Assembly (NCBI GenBank): GCA_965222615.1
Contig: CBDCUI010000008.1
Span: 736,001-800,000, forward strand
Source: Gammaproteobacteria bacterium
Lineage (GTDB): Bacteria; Pseudomonadota; Gammaproteobacteria; UBA4575
DNA: 64,000 nucleotides
Direction: 5' to 3'
Shown here piece after piece: positions 51,635 to 61,639 of the stretch; position 1 is the first letter of the stretch, and the number at the start of each line of letters is the position of its first letter. Both the position numbers and the translations under genes were made by a program. A model generated the notes under the pieces. The model worked only from the letters and a program-made list of their open reading frames with translations. It searched no databases and was not told the origin of the DNA.

Positions 51635-51822
51635 GCAAGTCCTGATTTATTCTGATACTTTGTTAAAAAATGTTTCAAAAGACTCGTCCAGCTGCTAAGT
51701 TAGGATTGTTCATTTGTGTTCGCAAATATAATCGATTATTTGGTAACTGGGCTCTGCGTTGGCTCGTGCCTTCCTGGTGCTCGGCCTGCGGCTAGTAGAG
51801 CTTCCTAAATCTGTTACCGGCA
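51635..51822 (+). mobile_element. MITE-like element, copy 4 (3'-truncated; 39-bp core in orientation B; nested hairpin cassette)
   Basis: CTAA then GCAAGTCCTGATTTATTCTG left end; TTGTTAAAAAATGTTTC as in copy 1; core inverted relative to copy 2; cassette homologous to copy 1; full right end absent. Confidence 0.72.
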
Positions 51823-51850
51823 CATTACGAATTTTTGCAAATAGTTTCTT

Positions 51851-52426
51851 ATGTCCACAAGCTCTAAAGTCGATCTTATCCTAGCTTCTGCCTCGAATCG
51901 TCGGTGTAAGCTAATGAAGCTACTAGGTATCCGTTATACTGCTTATGCATCTAATATTGACGAGAAACCTTATCAAGGTGAAAAACCACATGCGTACGTA
52001 CAACGCATGGCACTAGCTAAGGCAGAGGCTGTCCGTTTATCATCGGCAGAAAAGTTACCGATACTTGCCGCTGATACGATAGTTACTATCGATGGAATAA
52101 TCATCGGTAAACCTAAAGATCGTGAGGAAGTAAAGCATAGTATTGAATTGTTATCAGGCCGAGAGCATCAAGCAGTAACTGCATTATGTTTATTAACAGA
52201 AACAAAGAATTTTGAATCCATTTCAGAAACAATAATCAAGTTTAGAGAGATTTCAGCTAGTGAAATTGATGCATATAGTTTAACAAATGAACCTTATGGA
52301 AAAGCCGGGGCCTATGCAGTGCAAGGATCAGCTGCAACTTTTGTTGACTACTTTTTAGGAAGCTATACTAATGTTGTTGGTCTTCCCTTGTTAGAGGTGC
52401 AGGAATTGTTAAAAAAGTTGGTTTAG
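51851..52426 (+). CDS. maf: Maf family nucleotide pyrophosphatase (YhdE-like)
   Basis: LILASAS.RR, IDE, LAKA, AADT, GKP, KAGAY, NVVGLP. Confidence 0.93.
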   Translation: MSTSSKVDLILASASNRRCKLMKLLGIRYTAYASNIDEKPYQGEKPHAYVQRMALAKAEAVRLSSAEKLPILAADTIVTIDGIIIGKPKDREEVKHSIELLSGREHQAVTALCLLTETKNFESISETIIKFREISASEIDAYSLTNEPYGKAGAYAVQGSAATFVDYFLGSYTNVVGLPLLEVQELLKKLV

Positions 52427-52458
52427 CTATCTAATAAATTACAAATGAACTGAATAGT

Positions 52459-53964
52459 ATGAGCGAAGAAATTCTAATTAATATAACGCCACAAGAAACG
52501 CGAGTAGCGGTTGTTGAGAACGGGATGTTACAAGAAATTCAAATTGAACGTGTAGCTAAGCAAGGATTAGTAGGAAATATCTTCAAAGGGTGTGTAAGCA
52601 GAGTAATGCCAGGTATGGATGCTGCGTTTGTTGATATAGGGTTATCAAAAGCTGCATTTATTCATAGCTCTGATGTTGCTTTCTTGCCAAAAAGTTCAAG
52701 GAGTAGACAAGTTGAAATAGGCAAACCAGATGAAACCGTTTTGCTTTCATATAATGAACCAATCACTAACCTTTTGCATGAAGGGCAACAGCTACTTGTT
52801 CAGGTTGTAAAAGATCAACTAGGTACTAAGGGTGCAAGGCTTACCACTAATATTACTGTGCCATCAAGATATATAGTGTTATTGCCTTATTCTAATGATG
52901 TACGTATCTCTGCTCGGATTGAAGATGAAGAAGAACGCATACGTCTTACAAATATCACAAAGCAATTACTTGAAGAAATGGATGCAGATTGCGGATGTAT
53001 TTTACGCACAGCAGCAGAAGGTGTAGGCGAGTCTGAATTAGGTAGAGACCTAAAATTTTTATTGAATCTATGGGGAACCATAGTAGATAAAGTAAACCAT
53101 GTGTCTTCAGTCGATGAAGTATATTCAGATCTTCCGCTGGCGATTCGCACCTTGCGTGATCTTTCTATTGATGAAATTGAAATAATAAGGATAGATTCAC
53201 GCGCCTCATATGAGATGGTATACGACTTTTCAAAAAAACTTGTACCTGAATTAGCAGATCACATAAGCCACTATACTGGCAGCAGGCCAATATTTGATCT
53301 GTATTCAATTGAAGATGAATTACAAAAAGCATTGCAACGGAAAGTTTTGCTTAAATCAGGAGGTTATTTAATATTTGACCAAACTGAAGCAATGACAACA
53401 ATTGATGTAAATACTGGTGGATTTATTGGCCATAGAAATTTAGAAGAAACGATTTATAAAACTAATTTAGAGGCTGCTCAAGCAATTGCACGTCAGCTTC
53501 GGCTACGTAATCTAGGGGGTATTATCATTATTGACTTTATTGATATGGATGATGAAGAGCACAAGCGTCAAGTGATGCGTGTGTTTGAAAAATCTTTAGA
53601 TAAAGATCGAGCAAAAAGCCAAGTATGTACGGTATCGCCTTTAGGTATAGTGGAAATGACGCGTAAACGCACACGTGAGAGTCTTGAGCATATTTTATGT
53701 GAACCCTGCATAAGCTGTAATGGGCGGGGGTATATAAAAACTGCTGAAACGGTTTGTTTTGAGCTATTTCGTGAAATTATACGTGAAGCACGGCAATATG
53801 AAACGAACGAATTGCTAGTTTTGGCGTCTCAACCAGTAGTGGATCTATTATTAGATGAAGAGTCGGCGAGTTTGGCAGAGTTAGAGGACTACATTGGAAA
53901 GACAATCAAGCTGCAAGTTGAATCATTGTATTCACAAGAGCAGTTTGATGTAGTGCCTTTGTAG
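52459..53964 (+). CDS. rng: Ribonuclease G
   Basis: VGNIFKG, AAFVDIG, KGARLTT, TIDVNTG, RLRNLGGIIIIDFIDM. Confidence 0.97.
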   Translation: MSEEILINITPQETRVAVVENGMLQEIQIERVAKQGLVGNIFKGCVSRVMPGMDAAFVDIGLSKAAFIHSSDVAFLPKSSRSRQVEIGKPDETVLLSYNEPITNLLHEGQQLLVQVVKDQLGTKGARLTTNITVPSRYIVLLPYSNDVRISARIEDEEERIRLTNITKQLLEEMDADCGCILRTAAEGVGESELGRDLKFLLNLWGTIVDKVNHVSSVDEVYSDLPLAIRTLRDLSIDEIEIIRIDSRASYEMVYDFSKKLVPELADHISHYTGSRPIFDLYSIEDELQKALQRKVLLKSGGYLIFDQTEAMTTIDVNTGGFIGHRNLEETIYKTNLEAAQAIARQLRLRNLGGIIIIDFIDMDDEEHKRQVMRVFEKSLDKDRAKSQVCTVSPLGIVEMTRKRTRESLEHILCEPCISCNGRGYIKTAETVCFELFREIIREARQYETNELLVLASQPVVDLLLDEESASLAELEDYIGKTIKLQVESLYSQEQFDVVPL

Positions 53965-53977
53965 AAGAAAATATTAA

Positions 53978-56900
53978 ATGGTACGTAAATTACTATTAAT
54001 CAACTGGTATATAATTGTAAGTCTACTTGTGCTTTTGGCAATCGTAGTTAGTGTACTGCGCTACTACCCATCACTATATCAAAATTATTTACCCGCAATT
54101 CAAGATAATATTTCAACAATAGTTGGTAAACCTGTTCAAGCAGATGCCATACGCATTGATTGGCATGGCATCACGCCACATATTACTGTTAATAATTTTT
54201 ATATCTATTCGGATGAATCAAAAAAAAATCAACTTTTATATGTAAAGAAGGCGTTGCTGTCTGTCAACCTTTATACCAGTATACTTGAAAAGAAGCCTAA
54301 TATTCGTCAATTGACATTAGTTGGTAGCAATCTAGAAGCCATTCGAACTATTGATCAAAGAATTGTTTTAAATGGTATAGATGTAAGTGAGAGAATTGCT
54401 AAAAGAAAAGAACAGAAAAATAAAACTAAAATACAAATAAGTTTGCTGGATAGTACCATTGCAATCAAAGACGAAATAAAAAAGTTGGATTACTTTTTTG
54501 ATAGCGTTGATATAGAACTAGGATTTGCTAAAGATAAATTTAAAGTTACCTCAAAATTTTTATTACCTGAAACTTTAGGAAACTCACTTGTTTTAATTGC
54601 AGATGTTATTGATATAGATCAAGGCTTCAACAAGATTAAAGGAAATGTGTACACCAAAGGCAAAAACATCAATCTTGAATTACTTGGTGATTTCTTTCCG
54701 CAACTGCAAGTAGGAATAAGCTCAGGTGTTTCTGATTTCGAAGCTTGGGGTGAAATAACCAATAATTCTAAACGAATATTTGAAGGTAAGCTTAGTATCG
54801 ATGCGTTGCAGTATAAAGCTGTGAAGAGACCAATTCCGTATGTGACTATGGGGAATGAAATAACAGATTTTGAAACAGATTTTAAATTAGTAGGAGTAAA
54901 GGATAGCTGGAATTTGGCTCTAATCAATAGCAAGATCCAGGCAAACGGCGAGCAGTGGGGTGGCCAAAAGTATGAAATCAGTTGTAATCATTGCAACAAG
55001 AAAGATTTTTCTATTTCAACAGCGCTAGATTATGTAGACATAACCAATTTGATTTCTACTCTTCAGCATTTTCCAAAGATATCAAAACATTTAGAGTATT
55101 TTCTTTCAAAAGTAAACATTGTAGGCAAACTTTCTGATACGAATTTTTCCGCACACTGGACGGATGGTCAGCTGACAAAATATATGTATAAGTCTACATT
55201 ACAGGATTCAACAATATTACTTGTCGAGCAAGAAGTTGAAATTTCATCTTTGAGTGGTGATCTTGCTGGCGATCATACTGAGGGCAATATTAATATTAGC
55301 GATGATTTAGTGAATTTTTATGTAGATAAAGTATCAGAGCATCCATTTCTTGATCAAAGGCTTACTGGCTCATTTATGTGGAAATTTTCTGACAGTGGTG
55401 TAATTGCATCATTAGAGGATATAAAACTGTTGACGGAAAGTCTCAGTGCTGAGTTACAAGGAACAATACAAGTTGATAATGGTGATGTTTATTTAGATAT
55501 ACAGGGACGAGTACCTGATGCGCAAGCTGAAGCAGTTAAAGCTTATTTGCCATATAAAAAGATGCATCCTAAATTAAGCAAATGGTTAAAAGTAAGCACA
55601 CAAGGCGGAATATTACGAGATGGCAAACTTATATTCCAAGGCAATCCTAAATATTTTCCTTTCAAAAATAAACCAGGAATGTTTGAGGTTGTTGCCAGTA
55701 TTGATAATGGTATTTTAGATTATCGAGAAGGCTGGCCATTAATAAGTAACGTTAATGCAGATTTTGCTATCAAAAATGAATCATTAATAGTTAATGGACA
55801 AAGCGGAAAAATTTTAAACTCTTCTGTAAATGATATTAAAGCAGAAATTGATGATTTAAAATTGCCTCGTCTGATAGTTGAAGGTAGTGCAAAAGGGCCG
55901 GCAGATGATATATTAGATTTCTTGCAACAATCATCACTTCTTAAAGAAAATAGCCAAATTCCAAATCATATTAATGTAAGCGGATCTACTAATTTAGATC
56001 TGAATTTAATTATTACACTTACAAAAAAACTAGAAAAAGAGAGATTAGTTAGTGGTACTTTAGAATTTAATAATTCTAATTTGACAGTTACGTCATTATC
56101 TTTACCTTTTACCAATTTAACAGGAAAACTAAATTTTAATAAAAATGGAGCAGAAGGTGAGGGGATACGTGCTAAATTATTTGGATCAAACTTTGCTGCA
56201 AGTGCCGAAAGATCTGGAAGAGGTCGCACTTTATTAACAATATTTGGGGGTTTTGATTTTGATTCATATCTTGCAACTAATCACCAGGATATAAGTAAAT
56301 ATCTTAAAGGTGTAGCTCCTATAACTGCATTTGTTAATTTACCTCGTTTTGGCAAACATAATAGCGATAAATCACTGGATATAAATATAGAAAGTAACTT
56401 AGCAGGATTACATGTTTTATTACCAAAACCGTTTTACAAAGAGCCAAATGAATCAAAGCAGTTGAGAATAAGTACTAAGTATCAATTAGGTCATAGCTAT
56501 CCTATACAGGCCAGCTATGGTAACACCGCTTTTTTACAAACAAAATTTAATAATGATATAAATAAAATATCCGCTTTAGAGCTTAGAATGGGGGATAATC
56601 AGTTTGCACTTCCTGAGCAAGGTATCAAAATTTCTGGAAAATTTGATCAACTAAATATACAAGATTGGAAAAATATTTTTGATTCCAATAAAAATGAAAA
56701 TAGTACAATGGAGATAAAAGAAATCGATATTAGTGCAGATCTAGTTAACTTGTCTAATATAGAATTTCGTGATGTTGATTTTAAGCTTGATAAACACGCT
56801 CAATATTGGGCAGGCGAAGTAAGATCATCTGTTGCATATGGAGAATTTAAATATCCACTCGAACAAGATATGCGAAAAGTCGCAACTGGCACTTTTGAGT

Positions 56901-57850
56901 ACTTACGATTTAATAAACGTGAGAATAAAGATGATAACAGTATAGTAATAGACCCACGTAAGTTACCTGCATTGCAAATTCAATCTAAGCTTTTTCAATA
57001 TGATAGCTATATATTGAATGATGTTGAGTTAATAACAAGTACATCTTCTTCGGGAATGGTTATAAATTCTATAACTGGTGAAGGTAAAGATTTGAATATT
57101 TTTGCAAATGGAGCATGGGAGATTAATGCCAATGCGACACAAAGTACACGTATAGATGTAACACTGGTTACCCAAAATATTCATAATAGTTTAAATGGAT
57201 TTGGATTTGAAACTGGCGCAACCAGTGGCAAGGGTAGTATTACTGCAAAATTAAATTGGCCTAATGCACCGTATAAATTTTCTATCGATTCATTGTTAGG
57301 AACAGCAAATCTGAGATTTAAAGATGGAGAAATAACATCTGTTAAACCTGGTGCAGGGCGTATCATCGGTCTAGTAAATCTGGCTGAAATATCAAGACGT
57401 CTTTCACTAGACTTTAAGGATTTTTTCTCAAAAGGATATGTATTTGACAAAATTCGAGGAGATTTGCTGTTTGAAAAATCAAACGTAACGACAAGCAATT
57501 TATCAATCGAGGGTCCCTCCGCTAATATTTTAATATCAGGTAGAACGGGAATTACAGCAAAAGATTATGATCAAGTTGTAACGGTTACTCCTCAGGTGAG
57601 TGGCGGACTTCCTTGGATAGGCTTAGTGGTTGGTGGGCCACTTGGTGCTGTCGGCGTAATTGTCGGAGAGAAAGTTGCAAAAACAATCGGCATTGATGTT
57701 AATAAAGTAACCGAAGTCAAATATTCCATGACGGGAAGTTGGGATGATCCCAAGATTGAACCCATTGCACATAAGGTGGCTGAAGCCAGTAAAAGTACGC
57801 AAGGTCAACCTTCTCCACAGCCTCAACCTCAAAAAATGATTGTTGAATAG
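53978..57850 (+). CDS. yhdP: AsmA-like phospholipid transport protein YhdP
   Basis: 1290 aa, N-terminal TM anchor, beta-rich body, RRLSLDF and Y.MTGSWDDP; rng-yhdP-nit-tldD synteny. Confidence 0.9.
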   Translation: MVRKLLLINWYIIVSLLVLLAIVVSVLRYYPSLYQNYLPAIQDNISTIVGKPVQADAIRIDWHGITPHITVNNFYIYSDESKKNQLLYVKKALLSVNLYTSILEKKPNIRQLTLVGSNLEAIRTIDQRIVLNGIDVSERIAKRKEQKNKTKIQISLLDSTIAIKDEIKKLDYFFDSVDIELGFAKDKFKVTSKFLLPETLGNSLVLIADVIDIDQGFNKIKGNVYTKGKNINLELLGDFFPQLQVGISSGVSDFEAWGEITNNSKRIFEGKLSIDALQYKAVKRPIPYVTMGNEITDFETDFKLVGVKDSWNLALINSKIQANGEQWGGQKYEISCNHCNKKDFSISTALDYVDITNLISTLQHFPKISKHLEYFLSKVNIVGKLSDTNFSAHWTDGQLTKYMYKSTLQDSTILLVEQEVEISSLSGDLAGDHTEGNINISDDLVNFYVDKVSEHPFLDQRLTGSFMWKFSDSGVIASLEDIKLLTESLSAELQGTIQVDNGDVYLDIQGRVPDAQAEAVKAYLPYKKMHPKLSKWLKVSTQGGILRDGKLIFQGNPKYFPFKNKPGMFEVVASIDNGILDYREGWPLISNVNADFAIKNESLIVNGQSGKILNSSVNDIKAEIDDLKLPRLIVEGSAKGPADDILDFLQQSSLLKENSQIPNHINVSGSTNLDLNLIITLTKKLEKERLVSGTLEFNNSNLTVTSLSLPFTNLTGKLNFNKNGAEGEGIRAKLFGSNFAASAERSGRGRTLLTIFGGFDFDSYLATNHQDISKYLKGVAPITAFVNLPRFGKHNSDKSLDINIESNLAGLHVLLPKPFYKEPNESKQLRISTKYQLGHSYPIQASYGNTAFLQTKFNNDINKISALELRMGDNQFALPEQGIKISGKFDQLNIQDWKNIFDSNKNENSTMEIKEIDISADLVNLSNIEFRDVDFKLDKHAQYWAGEVRSSVAYGEFKYPLEQDMRKVATGTFEYLRFNKRENKDDNSIVIDPRKLPALQIQSKLFQYDSYILNDVELITSTSSSGMVINSITGEGKDLNIFANGAWEINANATQSTRIDVTLVTQNIHNSLNGFGFETGATSGKGSITAKLNWPNAPYKFSIDSLLGTANLRFKDGEITSVKPGAGRIIGLVNLAEISRRLSLDFKDFFSKGYVFDKIRGDLLFEKSNVTTSNLSIEGPSANILISGRTGITAKDYDQVVTVTPQVSGGLPWIGLVVGGPLGAVGVIVGEKVAKTIGIDVNKVTEVKYSMTGSWDDPKIEPIAHKVAEASKSTQGQPSPQPQPQKMIVE

Positions 57851-57973
57851 GACAACAATCTCTTTTTTTATAGCATTGGTATAAAAGATTAAGCATATAT
57901 CTCTGTCTTGATAGTCTAGATTAAATTTATAGTGTGTAATAATACTTACAAGATTAATTAAAGAGTTTTTACT

Positions 57974-58789
57974 TTGAGTAAAGTCGCTGCGATACAAATG
58001 GCTTCTGGCCCCAATGTAGATGGCAACTTGCATGAAGCAGGTCGCTTGATTATGCAGGCTGCAACTGTAGGAGCAGAGCTGATTGTCCTACCCGAAAATT
58101 TTGCCATTATGGGCATTAAAGAAGAAGACAAAGTAGCAGTACGTGAGACTTTTAACGAAGGACCCATCCAGAAATTTTTGGCAGAACAGGCAAAAATACA
58201 TAATGTATGGATTGTTGGCGGGACAGTGCCGATTGAATGCCCTGATCCAAAAAAAATATATGCTGCCTGCTTGATATATGACAACAATGGAATGTGTGTC
58301 GAACGCTATGACAAGATTCATTTATTTGATGTTGATCTTGTAGATACAGGTGAAAGTTACAATGAGTCAGAAACGATTGAATATGGAGATTCAGACTTAA
58401 AGGTTATTGATACACCTTTTGGTAGATTGGGTTTGGCTGTTTGCTACGATTTACGTTTCCCTGAATTATTTCGTAAATTATTGGATCTAGGTGCACAAAT
58501 TGTTGTATTACCCGCAGCCTTCACAGCTGCAACAGGTCAAGCACATTGGGAGAGTTTAATACGAGCTCGTGCAATTGAAAATTTAATTTACATTATTGCA
58601 TCTTCCCAGGGTGGGTACCATATTAATGGGCGTGCAACGTTTGGAAATAGTATGATTGTTGACCCATGGGGTGCAATTTTAAATCGCATAGAACATGGAG
58701 CAGGTTTTGCAATAGCAGATGTAAATTTAGAATACTTAGAATCTAGGCGTAAAACTTTTCCATGTATTCAACATAGAAGAATTGAATAA
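57974..58789 (+). CDS. Carbon-nitrogen hydrolase (Nit1-like deaminated glutathione amidase)
   Basis: LPENF, YDKIHLFDV, VCYDLRFPE, RARAIEN. Confidence 0.93.
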   Translation: MSKVAAIQMASGPNVDGNLHEAGRLIMQAATVGAELIVLPENFAIMGIKEEDKVAVRETFNEGPIQKFLAEQAKIHNVWIVGGTVPIECPDPKKIYAACLIYDNNGMCVERYDKIHLFDVDLVDTGESYNESETIEYGDSDLKVIDTPFGRLGLAVCYDLRFPELFRKLLDLGAQIVVLPAAFTAATGQAHWESLIRARAIENLIYIIASSQGGYHINGRATFGNSMIVDPWGAILNRIEHGAGFAIADVNLEYLESRRKTFPCIQHRRIE

Positions 58790-58821
58790 GATGATATTAA
58801 ATAACAAACTCCTTAAAAGTA

Positions 58822-60264
58822 ATGGATAATACTTTAGAGCTAGCTCAACAGCACTTGCTTGTTCCCTCGGGATTAGATGAATCTCATTTGACCCAAGCCT
58901 TTTCAACTTTATTGGACTCATCTGCAGATAGTGGAGATATCTATTTTCAACTACGAAAACATGAGGCATGGTCTTTAGAAGATGGGATTGTCAAAGAGGC
59001 TAGCTATAATATTAATCAGGGTGTCGGTATACGAGCGATTAAAGGTGACAAAACAGGTTTTGCTTATTCAGATGAAATTATTTTGCCAGCGTTAATCGAA
59101 TCATGTAAAGCTGCGCGCGCCATTGCGCGAGGCGGAGACAGTGGCTCTATAAAGACTTGGAAGTTTAATGTTGGCAATGAGCTTTACCCATTTGATAATC
59201 CGCTCGATTCAATTTCAGAAACAGATAAAGTTAATCTATTGCGATCATTAGATGCTTTGGCTCGTAAACAAGATGAACGAATCAAACAAGTAATGGTGTC
59301 TCTGGCAGGTGCTCATGAAGTGATATTGGTTGCCAATAGCGATGGCTCCCTTGCAGGTGATCTGCGTCCGTTAGTTAGATTAAACGTATCGGTCATTGCG
59401 GAAGAAAATGGTCGCATTGAACAAGGTAGTGCAGGAGGTGGTGGCCGTACAGCTTATGAATATTTTATTCACGAAAATCTTGCACATTCTTATGTTCACG
59501 AGGCCGTAAGAATGGCCTTGCTAAATTTAGAAGCTGTCGATGCGCCTGCTGGGTCTATGAATGTTGTGCTGGGGCCAGGTTGGCCTGGTGTATTGTTACA
59601 TGAGGCGGTAGGACATGGTTTAGAAGGAGATTTCACACGCAAAGGGACTTCGGCCTTTAGTGGGCGTATCGGTGAACGTGTTGCCAGCAAAGGCGTAACC
59701 GTCGTAGATGATGGCACATTGGTGGATCGAAGAGGCTCGTTAAATATCGATGATGAAGGAACGGTCACACAGTGTACTACATTAATTGAAGACGGCATCC
59801 TTATAGGATTTATGCAAGACAAATTGAATGCAAAACTATCGAATACCACGTCAACAGGAAATGGCAGGCGTGAGTCTTATGCTCATCTGCCCATGCCGCG
59901 TATGACCAATACCTACATGTTAGCTGGAGAATACGATCCTGGAGAAATCATTAGTTCAGTTGACTCAGGATTTTATGCAGTCAATTTTGGTGGTGGTCAG
60001 GTTGATATCACCTCGGGTAAATTTGTGTTCTCAGCTTCGGAAGCGTATTTAATTGAAAAAGGTAAGGTCACTAAACCTGTTAAAGGTGCAACTCTGATTG
60101 GTGATGGACCTGATGTGCTGACGCGAGTATCGATGATTGGGAATGATTTACAATTAGATCGTGGAATAGGAACTTGTGGTAAAGAAGGTCAGAATGTTCC
60201 GGTAGGAGTTGGACAACCAACATTACGTATCGATGGGCTTACAGTTGGTGGTACGGCAAGCTAA
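58822..60264 (+). CDS. tldD: Metalloprotease TldD
   Basis: [31 protein letters not shown]. Confidence 0.98.
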   Translation: MDNTLELAQQHLLVPSGLDESHLTQAFSTLLDSSADSGDIYFQLRKHEAWSLEDGIVKEASYNINQGVGIRAIKGDKTGFAYSDEIILPALIESCKAARAIARGGDSGSIKTWKFNVGNELYPFDNPLDSISETDKVNLLRSLDALARKQDERIKQVMVSLAGAHEVILVANSDGSLAGDLRPLVRLNVSVIAEENGRIEQGSAGGGGRTAYEYFIHENLAHSYVHEAVRMALLNLEAVDAPAGSMNVVLGPGWPGVLLHEAVGHGLEGDFTRKGTSAFSGRIGERVASKGVTVVDDGTLVDRRGSLNIDDEGTVTQCTTLIEDGILIGFMQDKLNAKLSNTTSTGNGRRESYAHLPMPRMTNTYMLAGEYDPGEIISSVDSGFYAVNFGGGQVDITSGKFVFSASEAYLIEKGKVTKPVKGATLIGDGPDVLTRVSMIGNDLQLDRGIGTCGKEGQNVPVGVGQPTLRIDGLTVGGTAS

Positions 60265-61601
60265 TGGAATTACAAAAAGCATCTTATTCTGAAGATAAAC
60301 TAGAAGACCTAGTACAACTTTGTTTGGATGAAGCAAAACAGCAGGGCGCAACCAGCGCGGAAGCTTCTGTAAACATTGAGCACGGCTTATCTGTGACAGC
60401 ACGGCTTGGAGATATAGAGACATTAGAACACCATAACGATCATGCTTTAGGGGTAATCGTTTATATTGATCATAAAAAAGGCTCCTCAAGCACGACAAAC
60501 TTTGCGCCATCAGCAGTCAAAGATGTTGTTGCTACGGCTTGTAATGTCGCTAAGTTTACGGAAGAAGATGAGTGTGCGGGTCTAGCAGATGCAGACCGCA
60601 TGGCCACGGGGGCTCAAGATTTAGAGTTAAATCATCCTTGGGATTTAACCCCTGAAAAAGCCATACAAATGGCCATTGAGTGTGAAAACAAAGCACGAGA
60701 ATTTGAAAAGATTTCAAATTCTGAAGGCGCGTCTGTAAACACCTCGCGTGCGACAAATATCTATGGAAATACGTATGGATTTATAGGCAGTTACGCATCG
60801 ACAAGACATTCGCTATCTTGTGTTGTAGTGGCTGAAGAAGATAGTGCAATGCAGCGTGATTATTGGTACTCTACGTCTCGCGATCCCATCAAGCTAGAAT
60901 CTGCAGCCTCGGTAGGTGAAAAAGCAGCACAACGTACAATTAGCAGGCTCGGTGCAAAAAAAATCTCTACACGCACTACGCCCGTGATCTTTGAAGCAAA
61001 TATAGCGCGGTCATTGTTATCACATTTTATTAGCGCAGTCTCAGGAAGTGCTTTGTACCGAAAAGCTTCTTTTTTATTAGATCAGTTAGATAAAAAAGTA
61101 TTCTCGGATATGGTAACCATCACTGAAGATCCTCATCTTAAGGGTGGGCTTGGTAGCAGTACTTTTGATTTAGAAGGGGTAGGAACACAACCACGCACGT
61201 TAGTTGAGAATGGAATCTTGAAAGGTTATGTGTTGAATAGCTACTCGGCAAGAAAACTTGGCATGCAGACAACTGGAAATGCAGGTGGAGTTCATAACCT
61301 CACATTACAAGCTAGAAATAGAACCTTAAACGAATTGATGCAAGATATGCAGCAAGGCTTATTAGTGACAGAACTAATCGGCCATGGTGTAAATAATGTC
61401 ACTGGCGATTATTCACGTGGGGCGGTTGGCTATTGGATTGAAAATGGAGAAATTCAGTTTCCGGTTGAGGAAATCACCGTTGCTGGAAATTTAAAAAATA
61501 TTTTTCAAAATATTGTGGCTATCGGTAATGATGTTGATTATCGTAGTAATATCATTACGCCATCTATAATGATTGATGAAATGATAGTAGCGGGTAGTTA
61601 A
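60264..61601 (+). CDS. pmbA: Metalloprotease PmbA (TldE)
   Basis: MQRDYWY, FDLEG, TTGNAGG, TGDYSRGA; TAATG overlap with tldD. Confidence 0.96.
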   Translation: MELQKASYSEDKLEDLVQLCLDEAKQQGATSAEASVNIEHGLSVTARLGDIETLEHHNDHALGVIVYIDHKKGSSSTTNFAPSAVKDVVATACNVAKFTEEDECAGLADADRMATGAQDLELNHPWDLTPEKAIQMAIECENKAREFEKISNSEGASVNTSRATNIYGNTYGFIGSYASTRHSLSCVVVAEEDSAMQRDYWYSTSRDPIKLESAASVGEKAAQRTISRLGAKKISTRTTPVIFEANIARSLLSHFISAVSGSALYRKASFLLDQLDKKVFSDMVTITEDPHLKGGLGSSTFDLEGVGTQPRTLVENGILKGYVLNSYSARKLGMQTTGNAGGVHNLTLQARNRTLNELMQDMQQGLLVTELIGHGVNNVTGDYSRGAVGYWIENGEIQFPVEEITVAGNLKNIFQNIVAIGNDVDYRSNIITPSIMIDEMIVAGS

Positions 61602-61639
61602 TTATTCTGTTCTTTCTTCCAACTTCGGCAAGAAGTGAA

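Noticed and set aside
51851-52426. Maf motif variants (SNRR for SPRR, GKAG for DKAG) as a sign of pseudogenisation
   Set aside because: The ORF is full length and retains the catalytic Asp (AADT) and key Lys/Arg residues.
58822-61601. tldD-pmbA as part of a RiPP/microcin system
   Set aside because: They sit in the standard rng-yhdP-nit-tldD housekeeping context with no precursor or YcaO gene nearby.
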